Under the pieces are notes generated by a model. The model was not told the DNA's origin. It saw only the letters and a program-made list of their open reading frames with translations, and made no database searches. From assembly GCA_016191015.1 (NCBI GenBank), contig JACPPM010000078.1, forward strand, positions 1,887 to 65,886: DNA of 64,000 nt, read 5' to 3'. Each line of letters begins with the position of its first letter. Position 1 is the stretch's first letter. The translations under genes were made by a program, and so were the position numbers. The DNA is from Acidobacteriota bacterium. Lineage in GTDB: Bacteria; Acidobacteriota; CAIWXX01. Of the stretch, positions 1 through 13,210 are shown piece after piece.

Positions 1-489
1 ATCGTCCACACCTTTGCGCACGTACGAATCCGCTGCCTGAAACCTGGTGATGTCGACTCTGAGCTGCGCGCACGCGTGCGAAGGCGCGATCGCGACGATC
101 TTCGTGTACAGCTCGTAGGCACTTTCCACCCGCCCTTCAGCCTCCATCGCCTGTGCCATCCCTACCAGCGCTGATATGTTCGTGGGGTTGCTTCCGAGCA
201 CGTCCCTGAAAACCGCCATCGCAGCCGGCCGGTCTCCCCGCACAAAGTGGGCATAAGCAAGTCCAAGCCTCGCCGGGGTCCTCCATTCGGGAACCTTCGC
301 CAGCTTCCTGAACCCCTCCTCGCTCCCCGCCACATCGCCCTGCTGCAACCGCCGCCACGCGATCTGGAAATCCCTGACCCCCCCTTTCGATGTCTTCTCA
401 TCCAGGGTTTCGGCGGCCAGCGGATCCTCCATGCACAGGTCGGGCTTGATCAGAGGCCGTCGTGGCGCGCAATCCGTCAGCACGGCCAT
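1..489 (-). CDS. TPR-repeat protein, partial. Start at 489; the C-terminus runs off the window start.
   Basis: Manual reverse-complement translation of 489 down to 1 gives an open frame with no stops: MAVLTDCAPRRP... with TPR-like helices (AYAHFVRGDRPAAMAVFRDVLGSNP..., ALVGMAQAMEAEGRVESAYELYTKIVAIAPS). The N-terminus is hydrophobic and signal-like (LILALAVMAVLTDC). It is missing from the ORF track because it has no in-window stop. Confidence 0.45.
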   Translation of the reverse strand, partial: MAVLTDCAPRRPLIKPDLCMEDPLAAETLDEKTSKGGVRDFQIAWRRLQQGDVAGSEEGFRKLAKVPEWRTPARLGLAYAHFVRGDRPAAMAVFRDVLGSNPTNISALVGMAQAMEAEGRVESAYELYTKIVAIAPSHACAQLRVDITRFQAADSYVRKGVDD

Positions 490-536
490 GACTGCGAGGG
501 CCAGGATCAAGACAGTGCGATAGGGGCGAATCGATC

Positions 537-1673
537 TCAATTCACGACCTCCAACCTGGCTGCTGCTCCACCTCCAGGTCCTTCGAGTCCACTCCGTCCC
601 GCGCTCAGCTCCATCCCGAGCCTCTGCGAAATGGCAGAGAGCAAATCGGCGATGCCCGCTCCAGTCAGCGCGGAGACCCGGACGGAACCGTCCGGGCGGC
701 GGCCCGCGGCCCCGTCCGGCAGCCGATCAACCTTGTTGTAGACCATGATCGTGGACCGTCGAGCAGCTCCCAGCTCCGCCAGCACCGTCTCGACTGCTCT
801 GATGTCACCGTCGAGATCGTCGCTCGTCACATCGCAAACGTGCAGCAGTAGCTGCGCGTTGACGACCTCTTCAAGGGTCGCGCGGAAGGCCGCGACCAGC
901 TCCACCGGCAGCTTCCTGATGAAACCAACCGTGTCGGATAAATAACAGGATTTCCCGTCGGCCAGCCGGACGCGACGGCAGAGCGGGTCGAGGGTCGAAA
1001 ACAGTTTCGCCGACCTGAATGTGGCTGTGTGCGTCAGTTTCTCGAAGAGCGTTGACTTTCCGGCGTTCGTGTACCCGACGAGCGCCACGGTCGAGACCCG
1101 CTGCCGTTCGCGGTGCCGCCGGTGCAGTGAGCGCGTGTTCCTCACACGGTCAATGGCGTCCCCGATCTTGTGGATGCGCTCGCGGATTCGACGGCGATCC
1201 ACCTCGAGCTTCATCTCGCCCGGTCCGCGCGTGCCGATCCCGCCGCCGAGCCTCGAGAGCTCGATCCCCTTGCCGGTCAGACGCGGCAGGAGGTAGTTCA
1301 GCTGGGCAAGCTCGACCTGTAGTTTCCCCTCCTGAGTCCGCGCTCGCTGGGCGAATATATCGAGGATCAACTGCGTCCGGTCGACGACCTTGCATTCGAA
1401 GCGGTCCTGGAGGTTTCGGGTCTGGGCCGGACTGAGCGAATCGTTGACAAGCAGCAGGCTGGCCCCCTCAGCCGCACAAACGTGCGCGATCTCTTCGAGC
1501 TTGCCGCGGCCAAAATAGTACGCCGGGTCGATGCGCTCCCGCTCCTGGATGATCTGCACCGCGGGCGTGGCGCCGGACGTGTTCGCCAGCCCGGCGAGCT
1601 CATCCATCGACAGGATGAAATCCGATCGGCGGACGTTCTTCAGTCGAAGCCCAATCAGGACTGCTCTATACAA
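537..1673 (-). CDS. hflX: GTPase HflX
   Basis: 378 aa. It has the HflX N-terminal domain, G1 motif GYTNAGKST, DTVGF and NKVD GTPase motifs. It sits downstream of hfq in the canonical miaA-hfq-hflX order. Confidence 0.85.
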   Translation of the reverse strand: MYRAVLIGLRLKNVRRSDFILSMDELAGLANTSGATPAVQIIQERERIDPAYYFGRGKLEEIAHVCAAEGASLLLVNDSLSPAQTRNLQDRFECKVVDRTQLILDIFAQRARTQEGKLQVELAQLNYLLPRLTGKGIELSRLGGGIGTRGPGEMKLEVDRRRIRERIHKIGDAIDRVRNTRSLHRRHRERQRVSTVALVGYTNAGKSTLFEKLTHTATFRSAKLFSTLDPLCRRVRLADGKSCYLSDTVGFIRKLPVELVAAFRATLEEVVNAQLLLHVCDVTSDDLDGDIRAVETVLAELGAARRSTIMVYNKVDRLPDGAAGRRPDGSVRVSALTGAGIADLLSAISQRLGMELSAGRSGLEGPGGGAAARLEVVN

Positions 1674-1678
1674 GGTCC

Positions 1679-1948
1679 TCAGCTAACCTCGGTCCTCTCC
1701 GCAGCCGGAGCCGGTTCGAGCTTCTCGCGGTGGGTCACCCCCCGCGGAGTGACGATCGTCGAGATCGCGTGCTTGAAAACGAGCTGATCGGCACCATTCG
1801 CATCCACCAGGACCGAGAACTTGTCGAACCCTCTGATCCGCCCTTGCAGCTTGAACCCATTCAGGAGGTAGACGGTGACCTGGATCTTCTCTTTGCGAAT
1901 CGCGTTAATGAATTCATCCTGAACCCCGGACTGCGGCTCCTTATCCAT
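1679..1948 (-). CDS. hfq: RNA chaperone Hfq
   Basis: 89 aa. Sm-like core: QDEFINAIRKEKIQVTVYLLNGFKLQGRIRGFDKFSVLV... HAISTIV. Confidence 0.85.
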   Translation of the reverse strand: MDKEPQSGVQDEFINAIRKEKIQVTVYLLNGFKLQGRIRGFDKFSVLVDANGADQLVFKHAISTIVTPRGVTHREKLEPAPAAERTEVS

Positions 1949-1973
1949 TCACCTCACCTCAGAGATCAAAGTA

Positions 1974-2915
1974 TTACAAAAGCCAACGCCTGACAAGTGG
2001 GGTCATCCATTCGTTTCGGTCCGGTCGCAGCCAGATCGCGCCCTTCTCACGCCGAAACCAGGTGAGCTGCCGCTTGGCGTACCGCCGCGTCTCCGTCTTG
2101 ATCTCTTCTCGAAGCCCCGCCTCGTCACCCTCACCATCGATCAGTTTCAGCGCTTGCCTGTACCCTAGACCCTTGAATGGCGTGGCATCGCGCGAGACCT
2201 GCCGTGCCAACAGCAGCCTGGCCTCATCCACCAGACCCGCCGCCAGCATCGCGTCCACACGGAGATCGATGCGAGCGTAAAGGTCTCGTCGCGGAAGAAG
2301 CAGGCCGAGCTTGAGCAGGCGGTGGTCGCGCAGCCGCACCGAGCTCCTCTCGAAGTGAATCGAGATCGGCACGCCCGTGGTCTCCCAGACCTCGAGCGCT
2401 CGAATAATCCGCACGGGATCGTTCGGGTGGACACGTGCCTGATAAGCCGGATCCACGTCGCCGAGGCGTCGATAGAGGGCGGCAAGACCATGGGCGGTCG
2501 CATCCGAGCGAAGCCGGGAGCGGATTTCGGGGTTCCGCGGGGGTCCTTCGAAAATACCGTCGAGGAGAGCACGAAGATAGAGCCCCGTCCCGCCCACAAC
2601 GACCGGCAGGCGACCACGATTTTCAATCTCCGGTATGAGATCGAGTGTGCGAGTGACAAAGTCTGCAGCCGAGAAGGTCTCATCCGGATCACAGATATCA
2701 ACCAGATGGTGCCTGATATCGGCTGACTCGCGTCCGTGCTTCGCCGTTCCGATGTCAAAACCCCGGTAGACCTGCATGGAATCGCAGCTGATGATCTCGC
2801 CGTCGAGCGTGCGGCAGAGATCGACGGCGGCGTCGGTCTTCCCGACGGCAGTCGGACCGAGGATGATCACCAGGGGTCTCGCACCGTCCGGAGCCTCCTC
2901 GTGAGGGCGCGGCAT
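1974..2915 (-). CDS. miaA: tRNA dimethylallyltransferase MiaA
   Basis: 313 aa. P-loop GPTAVGKT. The family motifs DSMQVYRGFDIGTAK and QLTWFRRE are present. Confidence 0.85.
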   Translation of the reverse strand: MPRPHEEAPDGARPLVIILGPTAVGKTDAAVDLCRTLDGEIISCDSMQVYRGFDIGTAKHGRESADIRHHLVDICDPDETFSAADFVTRTLDLIPEIENRGRLPVVVGGTGLYLRALLDGIFEGPPRNPEIRSRLRSDATAHGLAALYRRLGDVDPAYQARVHPNDPVRIIRALEVWETTGVPISIHFERSSVRLRDHRLLKLGLLLPRRDLYARIDLRVDAMLAAGLVDEARLLLARQVSRDATPFKGLGYRQALKLIDGEGDEAGLREEIKTETRRYAKRQLTWFRREKGAIWLRPDRNEWMTPLVRRWLL

Positions 2916-3061
2916 ACGGAGCGCCTACAGGGAACGCACGAAGAGGTACAGAAGAAAGAGCAATCCGAGGATGAGCAGGATGAGCGCCTGCTTGCGAGTC
3001 GGGCTCAAGCCGGGTCCGGTCTCGCCCGCCGCAGCGGGGTTATTCGGCGCGTCGGGACCGA

Positions 3062-4183
3062 TCACGGGCTGAGATGGAGCTCCTGAAGGCTCCGGAGCAC
3101 CGAGGACTCGTGCTCGGGCCCGAGGGTCTTCTTGATCGCGAGCAGCTCCGCGTAGAAGAACTCGTTCAGGCCGCCGATCAAGGTCTCCCGCCGGACTTCG
3201 GGCTTGAGTGAGCTCACGTTCTTCTGGAGCATCTCGAGATCGAGCGAGCCGTCTTTGCGAAGCTTTACGTTCTTGAACAGCGCGTCCTGACTCGTGCGGA
3301 TGTCGTTCAGATATTTGTTGAGGACGTTTTCAGCAATGGGACCTATTTCGCGGAGCATGTATTTGTAGAGGAAGCCGTAAGCATCGTTGAATGTCTGGAG
3401 AATGCGCCGAATATCCTGCTGTTCTTCGACGGGGGCAGCCGGCACAGCGTCGCGGCGCTGAGGCGGAGCCTCCTCGCGCTGCCGCCGCCGGACGAAGCCG
3501 ATCGCTTCGAGCGCGTACAGCACCTTGAGGGTTTCGAAGTCACCGATCTCGCTCTTCGAGCAGATTTCCTGGGCGTGCCGATTGCCGTCGACCAGAAACA
3601 AAATGTGCTTCTCGTACGGTTCCAGGTTGATCTTGTCATCCAGTCCGAGGCGGGTCTGGATGAAAACCGCATCGGCGGCCGGGAAGCGGGGGCCGAGCGT
3701 GTCTGGATCCCGGAGCCTGCGGACGCCCTCGAGCGTGAGCTGAGGGACGTCCATGTCGATCACGATGTTTTCATTGGTCCGGAGGTCGCCGTCGGAAAAC
3801 GTGTACGTCCCCCGAGGCCAGGCTAGCAGGGAGTAAAAGATCTCCTTGAGCTGGTGCTGGACGCTCCACCAGAGCTCCTTCGGGCTGAGAGCGCCGATCT
3901 CGACCAGCGCCCTCCCCTGCCTCATCCCCCTCTTGATCAGCTCAGCGCTCTTGTCGTACTGCTCCTTGCTGATCTTGCCTTCTTTCAGGAGAATGTCACC
4001 GAGCCGCTCGTCGAGCAGACTCGAGCTGGCAAAAATCAGATTGCCGGCCTTGAAGTAGAGCCGTTTCTCGGCATCGTCACGCCTGAGGATCAGAACGCCT
4101 GTCTTCTTCTGCGTGCGAAGCGATTCCAAAACAAACGGGAGACCTCGTTCTTCGAGCTTTCCTTCGAGTGGTGTCCCCGTCAT
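3062..4183 (-). CDS. DUF4388 (PATAN-like) domain protein
   Basis: 373 aa. The N-terminal block FVLESLRTQKKTGVLILRRDDAEKRLYFKAGNLIFASSS is typical of DUF4388/PatA-N-type domains. No other recognisable domain. Confidence 0.5.
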   Translation of the reverse strand: MTGTPLEGKLEERGLPFVLESLRTQKKTGVLILRRDDAEKRLYFKAGNLIFASSSLLDERLGDILLKEGKISKEQYDKSAELIKRGMRQGRALVEIGALSPKELWWSVQHQLKEIFYSLLAWPRGTYTFSDGDLRTNENIVIDMDVPQLTLEGVRRLRDPDTLGPRFPAADAVFIQTRLGLDDKINLEPYEKHILFLVDGNRHAQEICSKSEIGDFETLKVLYALEAIGFVRRRQREEAPPQRRDAVPAAPVEEQQDIRRILQTFNDAYGFLYKYMLREIGPIAENVLNKYLNDIRTSQDALFKNVKLRKDGSLDLEMLQKNVSSLKPEVRRETLIGGLNEFFYAELLAIKKTLGPEHESSVLRSLQELHLSP

Positions 4184-4289
4184 TTACGATATCCAGAATT
4201 CAATGGCTAATGTACATCCGCGAAGGTCAGAGTGTCAACGCATCCTCCACCCACACCAGCTATTTCCGACACACAACATATTCTCGTTC

Positions 4290-4545
4290 TCGCTTCCCCT
4301 AACGCGGCGGAGCCGCAACCAAAAAGGTTGCGTCTCCACCGCGCGTGAGAGCGTCCGGCCCGCTTCGCGGGCCTGGAGCGTGGAGAGTGAGAGCGTGCTT
4401 CCGAGCCACCCTGATCGTCCGAGGCGACCGCTCCGTTCCTGCATTCCTCCCTTCCTGCTTTCCTGAGAGGGGTTCGGAGGATCTCACCCACTCGAACGTT
4501 TTGCCATTTCGTGTCAGCACTCAACTTGTAAGACAGTAGCCGTAC
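4290..4545. repeat. Copy 1 of a roughly 245-bp structured direct repeat (about 85% identical to copy 2). It contains a 15-bp-stem hairpin (cggcggagccgcaacc-aaaaa-ggttgcgtctccac) and a GC palindrome (ggcccgcttcgcgggcc). It ends about 105 nt upstream of the 4652 CDS.
   Basis: Direct comparison of 4290-4545 with 5225-5480. Conserved blocks: aacgcggcggagccgcaaccaaaaag, gcgtgagagcgtccggcccgctt, gatcgtccgaggcgaccgctccgttcctgcattcctcc, ttgccatttcgtgtca, caacttgtaagac. Confidence 0.7.
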
Positions 4546-4651
4546 CCGATGGGCTCGCCCTTCCTTCGACAGACATAGAAAAAACTCTTGACAGGTCTAG
4601 GTCTAATGTCTAGGCTAATATCAGCCGAAAACTTAAGCGAGGAGGCGACCA

Positions 4652-5140
4652 ATGAAATTGGGAAGATGGGCTATTGTCGTCGCATTCGGAACTCTGCTTG
4701 TGGCCTCCGGACAGGCCGCGGCTCAGTGCGGGGGTACACCCTGTGAGCTGAGTGTCGTTGCCACTCCAGAGCGGCAGGACGTACTCTATCCGTTCGCCGC
4801 CGTCATCAGGGTGACGGTCACAAACGCCTCGACCGGCGCCCCGGTCGGCGGTGTCCAGGTCAGCCTGCAGGCCGTCTACAGGACCTACCTGTACCCGACC
4901 GACCCCGGCTGTGAGGTCGACCAGAGCGCATCCATCGCAAGATGGAAAAAGACGAGCTCGAAAGGCACAGCTAGTTTTAGCATAAAAACGGGCTTCCAAT
5001 GGATCGGCGCCGACCCGCAGGAGTGCCCCGATATCCACGTCCACATTCGCGCTCGCAAACGAGGGTACGAAGGGGCCGATTGCGAGACCGATGTCGATGT
5101 GGTCGATTGCGAGGCTTGCCATTTCGCCAACCGGAAGTAA
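4652..5140 (+). CDS. Small secreted Cys-rich hypothetical protein
   Basis: 162 aa. Sec signal peptide MKLGRWAIVVAFGTLLVASGQAAA|Q. Seven Cys. A beta-sandwich-like block (VTVTNASTGAPVGGVQVSL). The gene is flanked on both sides by the 245-bp repeat. Confidence 0.55.
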   Translation: MKLGRWAIVVAFGTLLVASGQAAAQCGGTPCELSVVATPERQDVLYPFAAVIRVTVTNASTGAPVGGVQVSLQAVYRTYLYPTDPGCEVDQSASIARWKKTSSKGTASFSIKTGFQWIGADPQECPDIHVHIRARKRGYEGADCETDVDVVDCEACHFANRK

Positions 5141-5224
5141 CGTCCGCCTCGTCTGACTCCTCGCGATAACGGCTCGTTTGCCTGCCTCCGGCCGGTAGGA
5201 CCGACTCAGGGGCGCACCCACGCT

Positions 5225-5480
5225 GGTGCGCCCCAGCCCATCCCCCCAACGCGGCGGAGCCGCAACCAAAAAGTTGCGTCTCCGCCGCGCGTGAGAGCGT
5301 CCGGCCCGCTTCTCGGGCCTGGAGCGTGGAGCGTGAGTGCGTTTTTCTGAGGCACTCTGATCGTCCGAGGCGACCGCTCCGTTCCTGCATTCCTCCCCTC
5401 CTCCTGTCCTGAGAGGAGTTCGGAAAATCTAGCCGCCTCACATTTCTTGCCATTTCGTGTCAACACGCAACTTGTAAGAC
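5225..5480. repeat. Copy 2 of the roughly 245-bp structured direct repeat, about 260 nt upstream of the secA start
   Basis: See copy 1. The ORF-track entries 5206..5466(-) and 4299..4520(-) read through the two copies and share peptide blocks without synonymous-site bias, so they are non-coding. Confidence 0.7.
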
Positions 5481-5599
5481 GCTAATCGGCCAGACCTTAC
5501 CACCCATTGGTCAGATGAAACGAGGCCGACGCCGGGCACTCGCCGATTCCGCAGGTTTTCCGGAGGACGGATCACGGGGCCGTCAATGCTCACGGGTTG

Positions 5600-5690
5600 T
5601 ATCTGTGCAATCTGCGAAATCTGCGGTTTCGTACGGAGGGGACTCGCCATTGGCGGCGCCTGGATCTTGCCGCAATCCTGCCAAGGATTG
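5600..5690. mobile_element. Degenerate fragment of the 212-bp MITE-like element, in the secA leader
   Basis: atctgtgcaatctgcgaaatctgcggtttcgtacgg...ggatcttgccgcaatcctgccaagg resembles the MITE internal and terminal sequence (aatctgtgaaatctgcggtttccgggactttgccgtag). It produces the spurious N-terminus [11 protein letters not shown] of ORF 5597. Confidence 0.4.
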
Positions 5691-5740
5691 TCGGTCTTCT
5701 TGACGGGCCTTCGACCCGTCTGATAGATTTTCGGCTCCTC

Positions 5741-8419
<2,679 letters not shown>

Positions 8420-8431
8420 CGGGGGAGTGAG

Positions 8432-8470
8432 GAAGCGCGTCGGGTACGGGAACGGGAACGGGTACGGGAA
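8432..8470. repeat. Hexanucleotide microsatellite, (t/g)acggga in about 5 units
   Basis: gtacgggaacgggaacgggtacgggaacgga in the secA-guaB intergenic region. Confidence 0.6.
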
Positions 8471-8481
8471 CGGATGGATGA

Positions 8482-9960
<1,479 letters not shown>

Positions 9961-9985
9961 CCGTCGCGCGGCGGATCAGAGGCCC

Positions 9986-12244
9986 GTGCCGACACTCCTC
10001 CTCCTCTTTCTCCAACTCCAGTCGATCGCACCAGTGGTGGCCCCGGGCACAGGCTCCCCAGCCGTGACCATCCCCCGAATCGAAGGCACCGTGGAGATCG
10101 ACGGCGTGCTCGACGAGCCCATGTGGTCGCAGGCCGCGCGACTCACAGAATTCTCGCAATACCTGCCGGTTGACGGCCGCCCCGCTGAGAACAAGACCGA
10201 CGTCCTTGTCTGGTACTCGCCGGAAGCCTTGCATTTCGGCATCGTCGCCCACGATCTCGACCCCGCATCGATCCGCGCCACCGTCGCCGAACGGGACAAG
10301 CTCGACCGCGATGATTCCGTCACGATCTTCCTCGACACCTTCAACGATCGTCGCCGGGCCTTCTTCTTCCAGGTGAACCCGCTGGGTGTGCAACAGGACG
10401 GCGTCCAAAGCGAGGGGCAGTTCACGGCGGGGAATGTTCTTGGTGGTTCCACCGACAAGAGCCCGGACTACGTCTTCCAGTCGAAGGGACATCTCACCGA
10501 ACTGGGCTATTGCGTCGAGATGCGAATCCCCTTCCGAAGCCTCCGCTATCCTGGCAACGGCCCGCAGCGCTGGGGGATCAACATCAGACGGAAGACCCAG
10601 CGGACAGGTTATGAAGACACCTGGACCGATGTTCGACGCGGCAGCGCCAGCTTCCTCGCACAATCGGGCGCCATCGAAGGGCTCCACGACCTCCACCGCG
10701 GGCTCGTCACCGAAGTCCAACCGTTCAGCACCTTTGTCTCCGAAGGGTCGCGGGATGACAGGGGCGAGCTCTCGAGAGGCTCAGTGGATATCAATCCGGG
10801 CGTCAACGCTCACTTCGGTCTCACAAACGTGTCGTTCGACGCGACGGTCAAGCCGGACTTCAGCCAGGTCGAATCGGACGCGGGACTGGTGACGGTCAAT
10901 GAACGGTTCGCGCTGTTCTACCCGGAAAAGCGTCCATTCTTCCTGGAGGGGATTGAGCTCTTTTCGACCCCGAACCAGCTCGTCTATACCCGGCAGATCG
11001 GCCGCCCACTCGCCGGTGGCAAGTTCACCGGCAAGCTCGGTCCGTATGGCGTCGGCTACCTGATCGCCCGCGACGATGTTTCCGATGACGACGCGACTTT
11101 CAACATCGCACGTCTCCGGAGGGATATCGGCACGAATTCGATGGCCGGGATCACGTTCACAGATCGAACCGGCGCGGAGGGATTCAACCGCGTTGCGTCG
11201 GGGGATGTGCGACTGGTGTTCGCAAAGCTGTATTTTGTCCAGGGACAGCTCGGTGGATCGTGGACACGCGACGACGGCTCGACTCGGAGCGCCCCGCTCT
11301 GGGAGCTCCAATTCGACCGCACGGGACGCTCATGGGGGTTCAATTATAGGCTTGCGGGCATCGGTGAGTCGTTCATCACCCGATCGGGATTCATTCCGCG
11401 CAACAACATCGTGGAGGGGTCGGCCTTCAACAGGATCTCATGGTACGGAAAGCGCGGAGCACGGGTCGAAAACATCACCGCCTTCGCCGGTGTGGACTGG
11501 ATCTGGCCGTACAGCGGGTTCGGCGAGGAGCCATCAGTCGAAGGTTCAGGGTCGCTGAACGTCAACATCCAGCTCCGCGGGGGTTGGAAGGTGACGAGCA
11601 ACATCGGGAACAGTTTCTTCAGCTTTGATCCCAGTCGCTATCGGGGTTACACAGTCGACGAAGCCGAAAACGCGCCCTACAATCCGCCGGCGCGAATCAG
11701 CGGCGCATTCGCAATCACTACGGGGCTCACAACGCCGACGTACGGCATCTTCAACGCCAGCGTGGAGCTCACGCGCCGGGAGATCCCGATTTTTCTCGAG
11801 GCGTCGCAGGGCGTGGAATTGCGTCTCGATGCCACACTCGCCATCCGGCCGGGGGAATTCATCCGCATTGACGCCAGCGCCATCCACTCCCACATCGCAC
11901 GCAGTCGTGATGGTGACGAGTTTGCGAAAACTCTCATTCCGAGACTGAGAATCGAATACCAACCGCGACGATCGCTTTTCGTCAGAGTGGTCGGCGAGTA
12001 CAGATCCGAGCATCAGGCCGCGCTCGAGGACGCTCGCACGGGCCGCGTGTTGATCGTGGACAGCACACGCAGCGAGCCCCACGGGCAGAAGGGCCTCCGC
12101 CTCGACTGGCTTCTCTCTTATGAGCCGACGCCAGGAACGTCGTTCTTCCTCGGCTACGGCACATCCCTCGAAGATGTTGCCAGCGGTTTCGAACGCGCCA
12201 ACGACGGCTTCTTCGTCAAGGTTGCCTACGTTTTCCGGCGCTAG
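9986..12244 (+). CDS. Secreted DUF5916 / CBM9-like domain protein (putative outer-membrane or hydrolase-associated)
   Basis: 752 aa with a signal peptide. The N-terminal region EGTVEIDGVLDEPMWSQAARLTEF...VWYSPEALHFGIVAHDLDP...DSVTIFLDTFNDRRRAFFF matches the CBM9-like/DUF5916 architecture. It ends in a beta-rich C-terminus ...KVAYVFRR. Confidence 0.45.
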   Translation: MPTLLLLFLQLQSIAPVVAPGTGSPAVTIPRIEGTVEIDGVLDEPMWSQAARLTEFSQYLPVDGRPAENKTDVLVWYSPEALHFGIVAHDLDPASIRATVAERDKLDRDDSVTIFLDTFNDRRRAFFFQVNPLGVQQDGVQSEGQFTAGNVLGGSTDKSPDYVFQSKGHLTELGYCVEMRIPFRSLRYPGNGPQRWGINIRRKTQRTGYEDTWTDVRRGSASFLAQSGAIEGLHDLHRGLVTEVQPFSTFVSEGSRDDRGELSRGSVDINPGVNAHFGLTNVSFDATVKPDFSQVESDAGLVTVNERFALFYPEKRPFFLEGIELFSTPNQLVYTRQIGRPLAGGKFTGKLGPYGVGYLIARDDVSDDDATFNIARLRRDIGTNSMAGITFTDRTGAEGFNRVASGDVRLVFAKLYFVQGQLGGSWTRDDGSTRSAPLWELQFDRTGRSWGFNYRLAGIGESFITRSGFIPRNNIVEGSAFNRISWYGKRGARVENITAFAGVDWIWPYSGFGEEPSVEGSGSLNVNIQLRGGWKVTSNIGNSFFSFDPSRYRGYTVDEAENAPYNPPARISGAFAITTGLTTPTYGIFNASVELTRREIPIFLEASQGVELRLDATLAIRPGEFIRIDASAIHSHIARSRDGDEFAKTLIPRLRIEYQPRRSLFVRVVGEYRSEHQAALEDARTGRVLIVDSTRSEPHGQKGLRLDWLLSYEPTPGTSFFLGYGTSLEDVASGFERANDGFFVKVAYVFRR

Positions 12245-12342
12245 GGGCTCCCGCGCCTGGAAAGGGGCGCTGGGCTTCAGCCCGGACGCGAGCGATGGTG
12301 ATTCGATTTCGTGAGTTGCGCATCACTCCTCTCTGAATCCCA

Positions 12343-12373
12343 AATCCGCGGCCAAGCCGCGGATTTGGGCAAT
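12343..12373 (+). terminator. Perfect 13-bp-stem hairpin (cccaaatccgcgg-ccaa-ccgcggatttggg) followed by an AT-rich tract. Probable terminator of the 9986 gene.
   Basis: Seen directly in the sequence. It lies in a locally AT-rich segment (12340-12420) that is unusual for this genome. The downstream U-tract is weak (caauucaaaauu). Confidence 0.45.
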
Positions 12374-12469
12374 TCAAAATTCACAATTCAAAATTAAAAA
12401 AAACCGGAAACTGCTCGGTCAATCGCTGGGCGCGGCGTGCTCGGGTCGCCTATGAAAGCCGTCCCACAC

Positions 12470-12498
12470 TTGACAAGGCAATCGCGTGGCCCTACCGT
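12470..12498 (+). promoter_or_regulatory. Candidate sigma70-like promoter (TTGACA-N17-TACCGT) upstream of the DUF1569 gene
   Basis: Consensus -35 TTGACA at 12470-12475. The -10 is weak. A GAAGGGAAG ribosome-binding site precedes the ATG at 12574. Confidence 0.3.
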
Positions 12499-12573
12499 TT
12501 CACGGTGCGGAGCGGAAGTAACCGGTCACAAGCCAGCTTCGAGGCTGCCGCGAGGACGAAGGGAAGAAAAATC

Positions 12574-13017
12574 ATGAACACGTTTTTCGACGAAGCAAGC
12601 CGGGTCCGGCTCGTGGAGCGCCTGCAGAAAATCGATGTCCAGACCGGAGCCCTGTGGGGCAGGATGAGCGCCGCGCAGATGCTCGCTCACTGCACCGCCA
12701 CGATGCAGATGCCGGTCGGCGACCTCCAGGTCAAGCGCTCTTTTCTTAGCCTCATCGGCTGGATGTTCAAGGGGATGATCCATAGCGACAAGCCGTTCAG
12801 CAAGAGCTCGCCGACGGCCCCCGAATTCGTGATCCACGACGAGAGGAACTTCGAGACGGAGAAGAAGCGCTTCACGGATGCCTTTCAGAAGCTGACGCAA
12901 GGCCCAGCCACCATCACCTGTCACGATCATCCGTTCTTCGGGAAGATGACGAGTCACGATTGGGGACGCCTCGTGTACAAGCACCTCGATCATCATCTGA
13001 GGCAGTTCGGCGCTTAG
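12574..13017 (+). CDS. DUF1569 (DinB/YfiT-like) domain protein
   Basis: Start at the internal Met MNTFFDEASRVRLVERLQKIDVQTGALWGRMSAAQMLAHC... This N-terminus is typical of the DUF1569 family. Confidence 0.5.
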   Translation: MNTFFDEASRVRLVERLQKIDVQTGALWGRMSAAQMLAHCTATMQMPVGDLQVKRSFLSLIGWMFKGMIHSDKPFSKSSPTAPEFVIHDERNFETEKKRFTDAFQKLTQGPATITCHDHPFFGKMTSHDWGRLVYKHLDHHLRQFGA

Positions 13018-13210
13018 GCCCGTCGCGAGGATTGGGGAGCAGCCGTCGCCGAATCTATAGAGATGCCGGCGGTCCTCGCTGCCAGCGGTCACACTGCCAG
13101 TCAGCGAGCTCGTTCGTAATTCGTCGGAGACCGGGACTTGCGCGACTCACCCGTTGACGGCAAGGAGATGAGGGTCGCGCCCTCGGGCGTCCGCCAGCAA
13201 CTCCTCCCGG

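Noticed and set aside
4299-5466. Minus-strand ORFs 4299..4520 and 5206..5466 (also 4207..4524 and 4977..5453) encode similar peptides (MLTRNGK...GRNAGTERSPRTIRV...).
   Set aside because: The similarity reflects the 245-bp nucleotide repeat. Differences between the copies are not biased toward synonymous sites and the ends diverge by frame, so they are non-coding.
4290-5480. Integron cassette hypothesis for the small gene flanked by 245-bp repeats (attC-like sites).
   Set aside because: The repeats are longer than typical attC sites and lie 5' of the genes they precede, not 3' of cassette ORFs. No intI or attI is visible. It is kept only as a generic cassette possibility in the finding.
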